Virus record (IMG/VR): IMGVR_UViG_3300045988_154761
Span: 96,001 to 160,000 of that record
Source of the DNA: a virus
Direction: 5' to 3' (one strand)
Length of the DNA: 64,000 nucleotides
Below, in pieces: positions 1-7,606 of this stretch (the stretch's first letter is position 1; every line of letters begins with the position of its first letter). Position numbers and translations under genes: made by a program. A model generated the notes under the pieces. It was given only the letters and a program-made list of their open reading frames with translations. It ran no database searches and was not told the DNA's origin.

Positions 1-252
1 GAAAAGCGTTTACAGGAAGCAACTAAGTATTTTAATCAGCAGATGGAAGCTCTTGGTATCACTCTTGATGCAGATGAAGTTCGTAAGGCTATTGAAGCCG
101 CTGTTTATGAGGTAAATCGTGAACTTCATGATGAAAAGTTGAAGGAGAGCCAGCTTCAGAATACCAATCCTGTTCCTTCGAATGACAAGATTGATAACAC
201 TGGTAATGTTATCCCTGATGAAGATACTGTAACTGAAGAAGCAGTAGGCTAA
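1..252 (+). CDS. hypothetical protein, 3' end of a gene starting upstream of the window
   Basis: frame 1 is open from nt 1 to TAA at 250-252. Confidence 0.55.
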   Translation, partial: EKRLQEATKYFNQQMEALGITLDADEVRKAIEAAVYEVNRELHDEKLKESQLQNTNPVPSNDKIDNTGNVIPDEDTVTEEAVG

Positions 253-287
253 GATAATTTTCCTTTCTTATCTTAATAAAGGTGTTG

Positions 288-316
288 TTGAGACGTAATT
301 ACTCAGCGTCTATAAA
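288..316 (+). promoter_or_regulatory. weak sigma70-like promoter candidate upstream of the tRNA island
   Basis: TTGAGA (288-293), 17 nt spacer, TATAAA (311-316); spacer flanked by inverted repeat GAGACG/CGTCT. Confidence 0.35.
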
Positions 317-387
317 TAAGTTAAGTAACGTGAGGTTTGTTGGTAAAATACGAAAGTCCTTTCGGGAATGGAAAACCAATATTATAT

Positions 388-465
388 GGGAGTATAGTTC
401 AACTGGTTAGAATGCTGCTTTTACACGGCGGAGGCTTACAGGTTCGAGTCCTGTTATTCCCACCA
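388..465 (+). tRNA. tRNA-Val(TAC)
   Basis: hand fold: acceptor GGGAGTA/TATTCCC, anticodon loop TTTACAC, T arm ACAGG-TTCGAGT-CCTGT, encoded CCA. Confidence 0.85.
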
Positions 466-488
466 TCAGACTTAAATTTAAACAAAAG

Positions 489-610
489 TTGACACTCACA
501 GCAAATTTATTTTATGTTTTTGGAATAACGTCGTGTAAGGTTCGACTCCTTATTAACAAATCCCTTGAGCAAGGAATAGTTAACCGTGGATGGCTAGAAA
601 AAAGTGTCAA
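489..610 (+). ncRNA. ACAGCAA closing-helix RNA element, copy E1 (tRNA-mimic core)
   Basis: TTGACAC (489-495) pairs with GTGTCAA (604-610); ACAGCAA at 498-504; core has T-arm-like TAAGG-TTCGACT-CCTTA plus hairpins. Confidence 0.6.
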
Positions 611-623
611 GATTGCTCATTAT

Positions 624-714
624 GGAGTAGTAAGCCTAATTGGTAAGGCACCAGTTTGCTAAATTGGTAGTAGCTTGAAAGAGCGTACTGGTTCGAGTCC
701 AGTCTACTTCGCCA
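624..714 (+). tRNA. tRNA-Ser(GCT)
   Basis: acceptor GGAGTAG/CTACTTC, loop TTGCTAA, long variable arm, T arm ACTGG-TTCGAGT-CCAGT, G73, CCA. Confidence 0.85.
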
Positions 715-1540
715 CTAAATCCTTGAAAGAAAAAGTATAACAAGGACTTTCTTTTAAAAACACAGCAATGACCCGCCACCTTGTTTGTATAAGGGGAAAC
801 CTGTGAGTTATAGTTAAAAGGTCTATAACATTTATATCCCCATTAGTGTAATGGAGCATTCTCGTTAACTGATGTTGAGTAAACACTAAGGTAGCTCTTT
901 AGCGATAACAGCCACATTGGGAGAGGAAGTTGGTTCGAATCCAATTATAGGGTCCAGTAACTACGATACCGTCTTATAAAGATGGAAGTTCGCCTAACAG
1001 ATGGAGTATCGCTTAATGTTAGGATGTGTATATGGCGCAACTAAGTTCAGACCGTCCAGAACCTACAACCATATTAGCGGTGACAGCTTGGAGAGACAGC
1101 AAATATGCGGCAACTGGTGTAATAATAAAAGTAGCCATGGACAATATTTTTATTATGTTTGGAGTTCGATTCTTCTCTGCCGCTCCAAAAGACAGAATGG
1201 TTAGATATTTCTTGATGTCTTTTCAAAAAACAAGAAATCCGTAAGATATAGTACGAAACTTATCTTGGAATACAGTTTAGCTGGTTACAATGTATTCGAC
1301 ACTAAACCGCCCTCCAAGTCTGATGGACTGGTAACAATAGAAAGACCGCTGTTTACTCAATCGGGTGCGTTAAGCCCTTATACAATAAACAAGACTGATG
1401 ATGAAAATGACCAAGATAATTGGGTGCAAGTTTGCTGAAATATTTCTGTAGACCTCTCCCTAATCGAACCGAGGGCAGATAAGTGGAAAGCTGGTCTGTC
1501 AGTAATCATTAGTTCTTGTTTTATGTACCTTTAATAAGAA
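715..1540 (+). other. ORF-free, GC-elevated, hairpin-rich block (unclassified structured RNA candidates)
   Basis: only short spurious ORFs; many 6-7 bp hairpins (CCGTCTT/AAGATGG, CCTAACA/TGTTAGG, GAATACA/TGTATTC); an orphan tRNA-like D arm (~845) and T arm plus CCA (921-957) that I could not join into a tRNA. Confidence 0.3.
1088..1188 (+). ncRNA. ACAGCAA closing-helix element, divergent copy E12
   Basis: TTGGA (1088-1092) pairs with TCCAA (1184-1188); ACAGCAA at 1096-1102; second helix GCGGC (1107-1111)/GCCGC (1179-1183). Confidence 0.4.
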
Positions 1541-1561
1541 TAAAAATAAAAAGGTGTTTTT

Positions 1562-1882
1562 ATGGATTACATTGATAAGCAGTTTGCTAAACGTGGGTAT
1601 AAATTAGTACGTCAAAATGAATATGGCGCTTATTATGAAAGAAAAGATAATAAGTTTAATTATACAAGTGAACTTTGTATTATAGCTAAAGCAAATGGTA
1701 AACATCTTATTCAGTGTTATGATGCCCAAGTAGTTTATGGTCATCCTGAAAAGGATTCTAATAACTATCGTGTTATGAATCAAGTTGATGGAATTGATGC
1801 TTCTCTTTCTTTTTGGATTTGGTTAAAGTTTCATCAGCTTAAACACAAATATAAGTGGGATAAGGTGAAGAAACATGATTAA
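1562..1882 (+). CDS. hypothetical protein (106 aa)
   Basis: ATG preceded by AAAGGTG; overlaps the next gene by 8 nt. Confidence 0.7.
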   Translation: MDYIDKQFAKRGYKLVRQNEYGAYYERKDNKFNYTSELCIIAKANGKHLIQCYDAQVVYGHPEKDSNNYRVMNQVDGIDASLSFWIWLKFHQLKHKYKWDKVKKHD

Positions 1883-2147
1883 GAAATATATTAAGAAGCC
1901 AGTTACCATTGAAGCTATTATTTGGGATGGTGCTAATGAAACTGAAATTATGGAGTTCGTTGGTGCTCATTGCTGTGTTACTACTCAGCATACTATTAAT
2001 GGTACTGTAACTAATCTTATCATTAATACTCTTGAGGGAGACTATTATGCGTCTGTTGGCGATTATATCGTTAAGGGAATTAAAGGTGAGTTCTATCCTG
2101 TTAAACCTGATATCATGAAATTGACTTATGATGAGGTTATGGAGTAA
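1875..2147 (+). CDS. hypothetical protein (90 aa)
   Basis: ATG preceded by AAGGTGA; TAATG junction with the next gene. Confidence 0.7.
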   Translation: MIKKYIKKPVTIEAIIWDGANETEIMEFVGAHCCVTTQHTINGTVTNLIINTLEGDYYASVGDYIVKGIKGEFYPVKPDIMKLTYDEVME

Positions 2148-2563
2148 TGGATACTTCTTCATTTAAAATTATTGGTCATTATTCTATTTGTACTGGTGAA
2201 GTAGGCGAGTTTGAAACCAATGATATTTTAAAAGATAAAGAATTTAATTATTGGTATAAGAAAGATTCTGAAACTATTAAATATCCTTGGGAGTCTCGTA
2301 TCTTAGATGCTACTCAAGTTTGGACTAATGCTGATTGTTATCAAGATAGTACATCAGGTAAATGGATTTATAGATGTATTCCTTATGATGGTTTAATTTT
2401 TACTCTAGAAGCTAATTCTATGACAGAATTAGTAGAACTTATTAGAGATTTTGTTGAGCCTCCTGTAGAGGTTTTTGAAGAGCTTATTAAAAGTCAAAAT
2501 TATACAATTTTTGCTAATCATTTCAAAGAAGAAATTTCTAATAAAGACTTGACAAAGATTTAA
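2147..2563 (+). CDS. hypothetical protein (138 aa)
   Basis: translationally coupled start (TAATG); TAA stop. Confidence 0.7.
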   Translation: MDTSSFKIIGHYSICTGEVGEFETNDILKDKEFNYWYKKDSETIKYPWESRILDATQVWTNADCYQDSTSGKWIYRCIPYDGLIFTLEANSMTELVELIRDFVEPPVEVFEELIKSQNYTIFANHFKEEISNKDLTKI

Positions 2564-2577
2564 AAATATGGTAAGAT
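2549..2577 (+). promoter_or_regulatory. sigma70/sigmaA-like promoter
   Basis: TTGACA 2549-2554, 17 nt spacer, TGG-TAAGAT 2569-2577. Confidence 0.5.
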
Positions 2578-2661
2578 AAATACATCTTAAGAGAAGAGAA
2601 AAATAAAAATTTCTTAAAAATATAACAAGCAAAAAAGCAAAAAGAAAATTTTAATAAATGG

Positions 2662-2690
2662 TTGACATCTTAAAGATGATATGCTATAAT
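2662..2690 (+). promoter_or_regulatory. sigma70/sigmaA-like promoter driving E2 and tRNA-Glu
   Basis: TTGACA 2662-2667, 17 nt, TGC-TATAAT (2685-2690). Confidence 0.7.
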
Positions 2691-2722
2691 AAGTGCATAA
2701 ATAAAACCTCCTGAATAATAAA

Positions 2723-2840
2723 GTAGACTCTTACAGCAAATTCTTAAAAAGGTTAACACAATTGTCTTGAAAACAATCATTAGCGAGTTCGATTCTCGTC
2801 AGAGGGCGCTCTGTGGTGAATAATACGCAAAAGAGTCTAG
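2723..2840 (+). ncRNA. ACAGCAA closing-helix element, copy E2 (tRNA-mimic core)
   Basis: TAGACTCTT (2724-2732) pairs with AAGAGTCTA (2831-2839); ACAGCAA 2733-2739; core has anticodon-arm-like ATTGT-CTTGAAA-ACAAT, T arm GCGAG-TTCGATT-CTCGT and capped hairpin CAGAG-GGCG-CTCTG. Confidence 0.65.
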
Positions 2841-2852
2841 GCTAATTAATTT

Positions 2853-2928
2853 GGTCGGTTAGTCAAGTGGGCTAAGACACTGGCCTTTCACGTCAGTAGC
2901 ACGGGTTCGAACCCCGTACCGACTACCA
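2853..2928 (+). tRNA. tRNA-Glu(TTC)
   Basis: acceptor GGTCGGT/ACCGACT, loop CTTTCAC, T arm ACGGG-TTCGAAC-CCCGT, CCA. Confidence 0.85.
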
Positions 2929-3102
2929 TTATTCAAATCAGAAATCCATTCTTATGATAGTGAGAGTAAGTTTTATCGGATTTAAATGAGGGGAACTTAA
3001 ATCTATCGAAGGGTTAAGAAATAATTGTTTGACGAAAAGTTGTTTCTCCTTTCTCTCTATCTGAGATGAATAATTTCCTTTCTGTAAGATGATATTTATA
3101 AA

Positions 3103-3236
3103 GTAGAGACTAACAGCAATTTTGAAAATATGTTAAAAAGCCAAACTCCCATTCTTCGGTTCGAATCCGAACGTCTTCAGTTGAAGTATGTAGCCAAGTG
3201 GTTTAAGGCAGGAGTCCATAACAACAATGTCTCTAG
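3103..3236 (+). ncRNA. ACAGCAA closing-helix element, copy E3 (tRNA-mimic core)
   Basis: TAGAGAC (3104-3110) pairs with GTCTCTA (3229-3235); ACAGCAA 3113-3119; core T arm TTCGG-TTCGAAT-CCGAA and D-arm-like GCC-AAGTGGTTTAA-GGC. Confidence 0.6.
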
Positions 3237-3243
3237 TATTTAT

Positions 3244-3386
3244 GCTCGTGTAACTCAGTTGGCAGAGTAGCGGCCTTGATGGAGTAGTATAAGAAATATG
3301 TCCTGTAAAGGAAGATGTGAGTTCAAATCTCATTTTCATCACAATTAAGCCGTTTGTCGAGAGTTCGAATCTCTCCACGGGCACCA
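3244..3386 (+). tRNA. tRNA gene with a 67 nt insertion in the anticodon loop (identity unresolved; Lys, Thr or other)
   Basis: acceptor GCTCGTG/CACGGGC, D arm ACTC-AGTTGGCA-GAGT, anticodon stem GCGGC (3270-3274)/GCCGT (3349-3353) separated by 74 nt, T arm GAGAG-TTCGAAT-CTCTC, CCA. Confidence 0.6.
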
Positions 3387-3421
3387 ATAGCAGAAATGCT
3401 TATTTTGTAATGACTTCAATA

Positions 3422-3486
3422 GTAGATGCTTACAGCAATTTTAATTGTACTTATCTGTTAAATAAGAATACACAAAAAGCGTCTAT
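3422..3486 (+). ncRNA. ACAGCAA closing-helix element, copy E4 (short form)
   Basis: TAGATGCTT (3423-3431) pairs with AAGCGTCTA (3477-3485, one G:U); ACAGCAA 3432-3438; lies in the leader of the endonuclease gene. Confidence 0.6.
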
Positions 3487-3508
3487 CCCCTTTCTAAATG
3501 GAGGAATT

Positions 3509-3916
3509 ATGTAGATAGAAAATAATCGAGATAGAGGTAGAGCAGGATTAAGTTTAGCTATTGCTTATTTTGGTAGCAATGGTTATACTGTTAATCTTCC
3601 TATTAATGATACTCAATGGTATGATTTAGTAATTGAAAAAGATGGTAAATTTGAAACTGTTTAGTGTAAATTCACGGGAAGTAAAGAGAATGAAGTTAAC
3701 TTGACTTCTTGTGGTGGCACAAATGGTTCAAGATATGATTCAGTTTTAAATCATCCTTTAGATTGGTTATTTTGTGCGGATAAAGATAAAAATCTTTATC
3801 TGATTCCGATGGAAGATTTAAGAAAAGCTGGAAATACAAAAGCTATTTCTTTAAGAAAAGCTCCCAATTCTAATAAGCAAGGTTTTAATACTTATACTTA
3901 TTTGGTAGAAATTTAA
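3509..3916 (+). CDS. PD-(D/E)XK endonuclease of the group I intron-associated / homing type; 2 in-frame TAG
   Basis: ATG after GGAGGAA; TAG at codon 2 and at 3662-3664; motifs YDLVIEKDG and V-TAG-CK match the D...(E/Q)xK core. Confidence 0.7.
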
Positions 3917-3918
3917 AT

Positions 3919-4003
3919 GGGTGAGTAGTGAATCGGCAAACACGACAGACTGTAAATTTGTTTCCTAACGGAGTAGAAGGGTCGGCACCTTCCTCACCCA
4001 CCA
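3919..4003 (+). tRNA. tRNA-Tyr(GTA)
   Basis: acceptor GGGTGAG/CTCACCC, loop CTGTAAA, long variable arm, CCA; atypical T loop GTCGGCA. Confidence 0.75.
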
Positions 4004-4026
4004 ATAAAATTTTTGTTTTAAAACTC

Positions 4027-4055
4027 TTGACAAAATGAAAATCTTATGCTATAGT
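4027..4055 (+). promoter_or_regulatory. sigma70/sigmaA-like promoter driving E5, E6 and tRNA-Leu
   Basis: TTGACA 4027-4032, 17 nt, TGC-TATAGT (4050-4055). Confidence 0.7.
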
Positions 4056-4132
4056 AAAAATATGATAAAGATACAAATTTATTTGTAAGCTAATTGTTCA
4101 TTTTTTATTGTTCATAAAAGCATTCCTTTCAG

Positions 4133-4263
4133 GTAGACTCTAACAGCAACTTTACAATCACAAATGCTATGGGTCTGTTTGTTGGAGGTTCGAATCCTTC
4201 ACTCCCGACCATCGGGAGTTAGCTCAACGGATAGAGCAATAGATTTTGTAAAAATGAGTCTAG
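4133..4263 (+). ncRNA. ACAGCAA closing-helix element, copy E5, enclosing a circularly permuted tRNA-like body
   Basis: TAGACTC (4134-4140) pairs with GAGTCTA (4256-4262); ACAGCAA 4143-4149; order is TCTGT, variable region, T arm GGAGG-TTCGAAT-CCTTC, ACTCCCG-A-CCA-T-CGGGAGT, D arm GCTC-AACGGATA-GAGC, ATAGA. Confidence 0.65.
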
Positions 4264-4324
4264 TCAATAAATTAATAAATTGACGCTCCTATTTTTCTAA
4301 TAGGCAAATATAAATTCCTTTCAA

Positions 4325-4442
4325 GTAGACACGTACAGCAAAATTACTTGATGCTTTAATATGGAAAATTAACGATAAGGTTCGACTCCTTAATCTTCTT
4401 TGGAAGATGCGTGGTTGCTGGAAATCAAAAAACGTGTCTAGG
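4325..4442 (+). ncRNA. ACAGCAA closing-helix element, copy E6 (tRNA-mimic core, related to E1)
   Basis: TAGACACGT (4326-4334) pairs with ACGTGTCTA (4432-4440); ACAGCAA 4335-4341; T arm TAAGG-TTCGACT-CCTTA and capped hairpin ATCTTC-TTTG-GAAGAT. Confidence 0.65.
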
Positions 4443-4457
4443 TTAAGTATTAATTAT

Positions 4458-4542
4458 GCAGGATTGGCGGAATTGGCAGACGCGACGGATTCAAGTCCCG
4501 TTTCCTAATGGAGTAAGAGTTCAAGTCTCTTATCCTGCACCA
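4458..4542 (+). tRNA. tRNA-Leu(CAA)
   Basis: acceptor GCAGGAT/ATCCTGC, loop TTCAAGT, long variable arm, T arm AGAG-TTCAAGT-CTCT, CCA; A31:C39 mismatch. Confidence 0.8.
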
Positions 4543-4991
4543 TAGTCTTGATGATAGACTAACAAAACATCATCCCCCAACGCCCGTCCGAAGTCTTGGA
4601 GTAGAGAACAAGTGAATGGTTCTCGAACGCAAAGTAAGCTGTCATAAGCTGAAAAAGGCTATAAGCCGCACATGGGTAGAACACAGATATATGGTGAGAG
4701 ATGTTAGGGTGCGAATGTAACATCAAAAGCCTACAGCGAAAAGCTATACGGAGAAGTCTGTGCCGTGTTTACGGGAATAGGTGGTTGCGTACCTATTCAA
4801 ACAAAAACTCTGATTACTGCAACTAAATCGGGGTAGGTATTGAGGTTATGGGTCATATAACCTTAAAACACAATAAGCCGAGCATACTGCTTATTGCTCC
4901 TAACGGGTGGTGCTGAGGATGAACAACAAAAGCCAAGTTATAGAGTTCTTGTAAAAAACTCTGTTGCTATTTGAAAGAATAGCTCAATTAT
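4543..4991 (+). ncRNA. unclassified ~450 nt GC-rich structured spacer (U1) between complete tRNAs
   Basis: no ORF; many hairpins (ATGTTA/TAACAT, ATAGGT/ACCTAT, GGTTAT/ATAACC, ATAAGC/GCTTAT, AGAGTT/AACTCT, GCTATT/AATAGC). Confidence 0.35.
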
Positions 4992-5067
4992 GGGCCTGTA
5001 ACTCAGTTGGGAGAGTGTCTGCTTTGCACGCAGGAAGTCGCAAGTTCAAGTCTTGTCAGGTCCACCA
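4992..5067 (+). tRNA. tRNA-Ala(TGC)
   Basis: acceptor GGGCCTG/CAGGTCC with G3:U70, loop TTTGCAC, T arm TTCAAGT, CCA. Confidence 0.85.
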
Positions 5068-5521
5068 TAAGAGTTAGTTGCTCTCTTAGAATAAAAAGCA
5101 CCGTATTAACACAAGTTTACGATAATTAACTGGCCCTCGTCTGCGGGTAAACAGCAGTTTTAGGCTACTATAAGCCGAAGTTTTAAGGGCAGTTTCTTTA
5201 AAAAACATGCATATGGTTTTTCTTGTTATCTCTTTTTTATCCTAAAAATAAGACGTAGCAGCATGACTTGAGGCTATACATCAAGCTCCTGAGACCGAAG
5301 AAAAAAAGCTTCCTGTATGTCAATGGGAAAATAATCTATCTGTTTCTTAATAACAGGTGGGAGGGAGTATTTTAGGTCGGCAAGACCATGAGAGGATAGC
5401 GCTGTTCTCTCAACCCTTTGCAAAGGTTGCTGATGGGTTTTCCAAACGGATGTGGAAATTAAATGAATGGAAGGGTATAATTCAGCCCAAAATCAGCTCT
5501 AAAATTCAAGAAAATATATTT
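5068..5521 (+). ncRNA. unclassified ~450 nt structured spacer (U2)
   Basis: only a spurious 65-aa ORF; three-way junction GCCCT/AGGGC enclosing CTGC-GGGTAAACA-GCAG and GGCT-ACTATA-AGCC near 5140-5205. Confidence 0.3.
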
Positions 5522-5599
5522 GGGTGTGTAGTTCAGTCTGGTCAGAACACTTGACTGTTAATCAAGGAGTCGAAGGTTCAAATCCTTCCATACCCGCCA
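5522..5599 (+). tRNA. tRNA-Asn(GTT)
   Basis: acceptor GGGTGTG/CATACCC, loop CTGTTAA, T arm GAAGG-TTCAAAT-CCTTC, G73, CCA. Confidence 0.85.
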
Positions 5600-5952
5600 A
5601 AAGTGGAGAGTGTAGGTTCGAGTCCTGCCCCGCTCGTGGGAAACCCTTGCAGGAAGCTGTTAGGTACAGCGCCACTTAGAATTTCTTTCACCTTATTACG
5701 CGAAATATGGGATTGAGATGTTGCTTTAGTCGGGTTCTTTTACAGCAGAAAATAAGAACGCACCTGTTTAATTGGGTTTTTCAGTTCAGTAAAAACAAGA
5801 AAAACCTCGGTTGTTTAGAAATTTTCTTCTGATATTGAATGAAAACAAATAGAGAATTCTCTCATTGCAATGCCGAAAGGTAGTAAGTTACGAATTTACC
5901 CATGATAAATTACGAACTTGCTACCGAGTAGGGATAAGAGAGAATTAAACAT
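5600..5952 (+). ncRNA. unclassified ~350 nt structured spacer (U3)
   Basis: ORF-free; AAGTGG (5601-5606)/CCACTT (5672-5677) closes a 77 nt module; 10 bp stem GTAGTAAGTT/AACTTGCTAC; CC-GAAA-GG tetraloop hairpin. Confidence 0.3.
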
Positions 5953-6028
5953 GCTTTGGTAGCTCAATTGGTAGAGCAGTGGACTGAAAATCCACGTGTA
6001 GCCAGTTCAATTCTGGCCTAAAGCACCA
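5953..6028 (+). tRNA. tRNA-Phe(GAA)
   Basis: acceptor GCTTTGG/CTAAAGC, D arm GCTC-AATTGGTA-GAGC, loop CTGAAAA, T arm GCCAG-TTCAATT-CTGGC, CCA. Confidence 0.9.
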
Positions 6029-6029
6029 T

Positions 6030-6113
6030 TGCTGGCGAGTGAAACGGATATATAAATCACGCTTGGCTCATACCCAAGTAATAGTGGGTTCGACTCCCAT
6101 GCTTCAGCAACCA
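6030..6113 (+). tRNA. tRNA with CAT anticodon (Met or Ile2 type), irregular acceptor and oversized D loop
   Basis: anticodon arm CTTGG-CTCATAC-CCAAG, D stem GTGA/TCAC with 14 nt loop, T arm GTGGG-TTCGACT-CCCAT, CCA; acceptor needs a bulge or a mismatch. Confidence 0.55.
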
Positions 6114-6137
6114 AAAAACAAAAGGAAGTAAATTCTA

Positions 6138-6443
6138 ATGACTGATTTTAAGACTTACATTTATTAGACAGCAAGTAATAAAAAGTTTGTTTATAGATGT
6201 CCTCATTGTAATAAAGGGATAATGCAAGTAGCAGAAATTAAAACTGTTAAAGATGAAACTAATATTTTATCTTGGAATTATACTTGTCCAGTTTGTAAGA
6301 AACAAATGGTTTCTATTGAAAAAGATGGTTGTTCTTCTTTTAAAAGTGTGTTCCCTCCAATGACTCAAATTAGTGATAAAGAATTTACTGATATTAAAAA
6401 GGATGTAGGAGAAAAAGGTATCTATCTGTTCTCTGAAATATAA
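6138..6443 (+). CDS. small zinc-ribbon protein (101 aa), 1 in-frame TAG
   Basis: ATG 6138 after AAAGGAAG; TAG at codon 10; CPHC...CPVC; the track ORF 6222-6443 is its 3' part. Confidence 0.6.
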
Positions 6444-6450
6444 AATAAAT

Positions 6451-6545
6451 GCTAGCGTACAGAAGTGGTCATAACTGCCATCACTTGAAATGATGTGTGA
6501 CGGCTTGTATCCGTCTCGTGAGTTCGAATCTTACCGCTAGTGCCA
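6451..6545 (+). tRNA. tRNA-Ser(TGA)
   Basis: acceptor GCTAGCG/CGCTAGT, anticodon arm CATCA-CTTGAAA-TGATG, long variable arm, T arm GTGAG-TTCGAAT-CTTAC, G73, CCA. Confidence 0.85.
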
Positions 6546-6565
6546 TTAAAAACGGAGTCTTTAAT

Positions 6566-6769
6566 ATGAAAATCTGGAATGGAAATGATTTTGAATATCT
6601 TGGTTATTTTGTAAAAAACAACAAGAAAGCTAAATATTTTGAGGTTTTTGACAAGAATGGCAATCTTCTTTTTAGACAAACTAATTGGGGTCATGCTTGT
6701 GTGACTTCAGTTAAACATAAGATTGAAGACTTTCATAAAAAATATAGACAGGAGATAAAAAATGAGTAA
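6566..6769 (+). CDS. hypothetical protein (67 aa)
   Basis: first ATG downstream of tRNA-Ser; the longer track ORF (6497) would overlap the tRNA. Confidence 0.6.
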   Translation: MKIWNGNDFEYLGYFVKNNKKAKYFEVFDKNGNLLFRQTNWGHACVTSVKHKIEDFHKKYRQEIKNE

Positions 6770-7277
6770 TAATAATTCAATCGAAATCGAACGTAAGTTT
6801 TTAATTTCTGGTTTTCCTAAAGTTGATTTTGACGAAGTTGGAATTGTTAAAACTATTTATATTAATATCAAATATAATTCTGATGGAAAAATTTTACAGG
6901 AAATTCGTATAAGACGTTGGTTTGAAAGTGGCAAAGGTTATCGTCCAGATACTCTTACTTTCAAATCTGGTGGTACTTTAACTCGCACTGAAATTGAAAC
7001 AAATCTTACAGATAATTCTTTGTTTGACTGTTTTAATGAACTTGGTTATAATCCTATTGTAAAAGATTATAGAGGTCTTTACAATAATGGTTATTTAATT
7101 GAATTCAATCTTGTAGATGGTGGAAGTGAGACTGCTTTCTATTATGCCGAAGTTGAATTCAATTCTGAGGAAGAAGCCAATAGTTTTGTTTGGCCTTTTC
7201 CTGAAGTATTTATTGAGGAAGTTACTAATAAGCCTGAATACAAAATGGCGAATTATTGGAAACGTACTCGTGGATAA
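6762..7277 (+). CDS. CYTH-domain (triphosphate tunnel metalloenzyme) protein
   Basis: N-terminal IEIERKFLI (ExExK signature) and YYAEVEF near the C-terminus. Confidence 0.75.
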   Translation: MSNNNSIEIERKFLISGFPKVDFDEVGIVKTIYINIKYNSDGKILQEIRIRRWFESGKGYRPDTLTFKSGGTLTRTEIETNLTDNSLFDCFNELGYNPIVKDYRGLYNNGYLIEFNLVDGGSETAFYYAEVEFNSEEEANSFVWPFPEVFIEEVTNKPEYKMANYWKRTRG

Positions 7278-7301
7278 GGACTATTATTTAGTCCTTTATT
7301 T
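7277..7301 (+). terminator. intrinsic terminator-like hairpin
   Basis: AGGACT/AGTCCT stem followed by TTTATTT. Confidence 0.5.
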
Positions 7302-7377
7302 GCTGGATTAGTTCAGTTGATAGAACGTATGATTTGTAATCATAATGTCAGGGGTTTGAGTCCCTTATCCAGCTCCA
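7302..7377 (+). tRNA. tRNA-Thr(TGT)
   Basis: acceptor GCTGGAT/ATCCAGC, anticodon arm TATGA-TTTGTAA-TCATA, T arm AGGGG-TTTGAGT-CCCTT, CCA. Confidence 0.85.
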
Positions 7378-7414
7378 TGAACTTTTTTATAAAATAAAAA
7401 AGAGGATTTTTATT

Positions 7415-7606
7415 ATGGACGAATTTTTAATCTCCGAAATCTTTGAGCTGATTAAAACTTTAAAGAAAGACAAGTATACCAAGTATACCATGAAAGATGT
7501 TAATACCATTTGCGATTTGCTTGGTATTGAATTATTTTGGTATCAAAAGTTTGTTCTTCTTCGTCAGCTTAATGATAAAAATTATATGAGGTATATATGC
7601 CGATAA
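7415..7606 (+). CDS. hypothetical protein (63 aa)
   Basis: ATG after AAAGAGGA; overlaps the next gene by 10 nt. Confidence 0.6.
   Translation: MDEFLISEIFELIKTLKKDKYTKYTMKDVNTICDLLGIELFWYQKFVLLRQLNDKNYMRYICR

Noticed and set aside
1241-1254. AAGATATAGTAC resembling the group I intron S element, with GCGGC/GCCGC as P4
   Set aside because: I found no matching R/P7 partner in the correct order. The GCGGC/GCCGC helix is better explained as the inner helix of the divergent ACAGCAA element at 1088-1188.
3133-3387. 84-aa - strand ORF and several 60-110 aa ORFs across 700-1250, 5357-5554, 7829-8198 and 9692-10370
   Set aside because: They lie on top of tRNA genes or structured RNA elements and have no RBS. 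They are artefacts of GC-richer RNA sequence.
4133-4263. E5 as a functional, decodable permuted tRNA
   Set aside because: No sensible 7 nt anticodon loop can be assembled from the sequences flanking the anticodon stem. It is kept as a tRNA mimic rather than a decoding tRNA.
4543-4991. Possible RNase P RNA or tmRNA (strings such as AGGGTGCGAA and GGAGAAGTCTG)
   Set aside because: The motif order does not match RNase P. There is no GGAAAGTCC/ACAGAA..CCGGCTTA pair, no tRNA-like ends and no tag reading frame.
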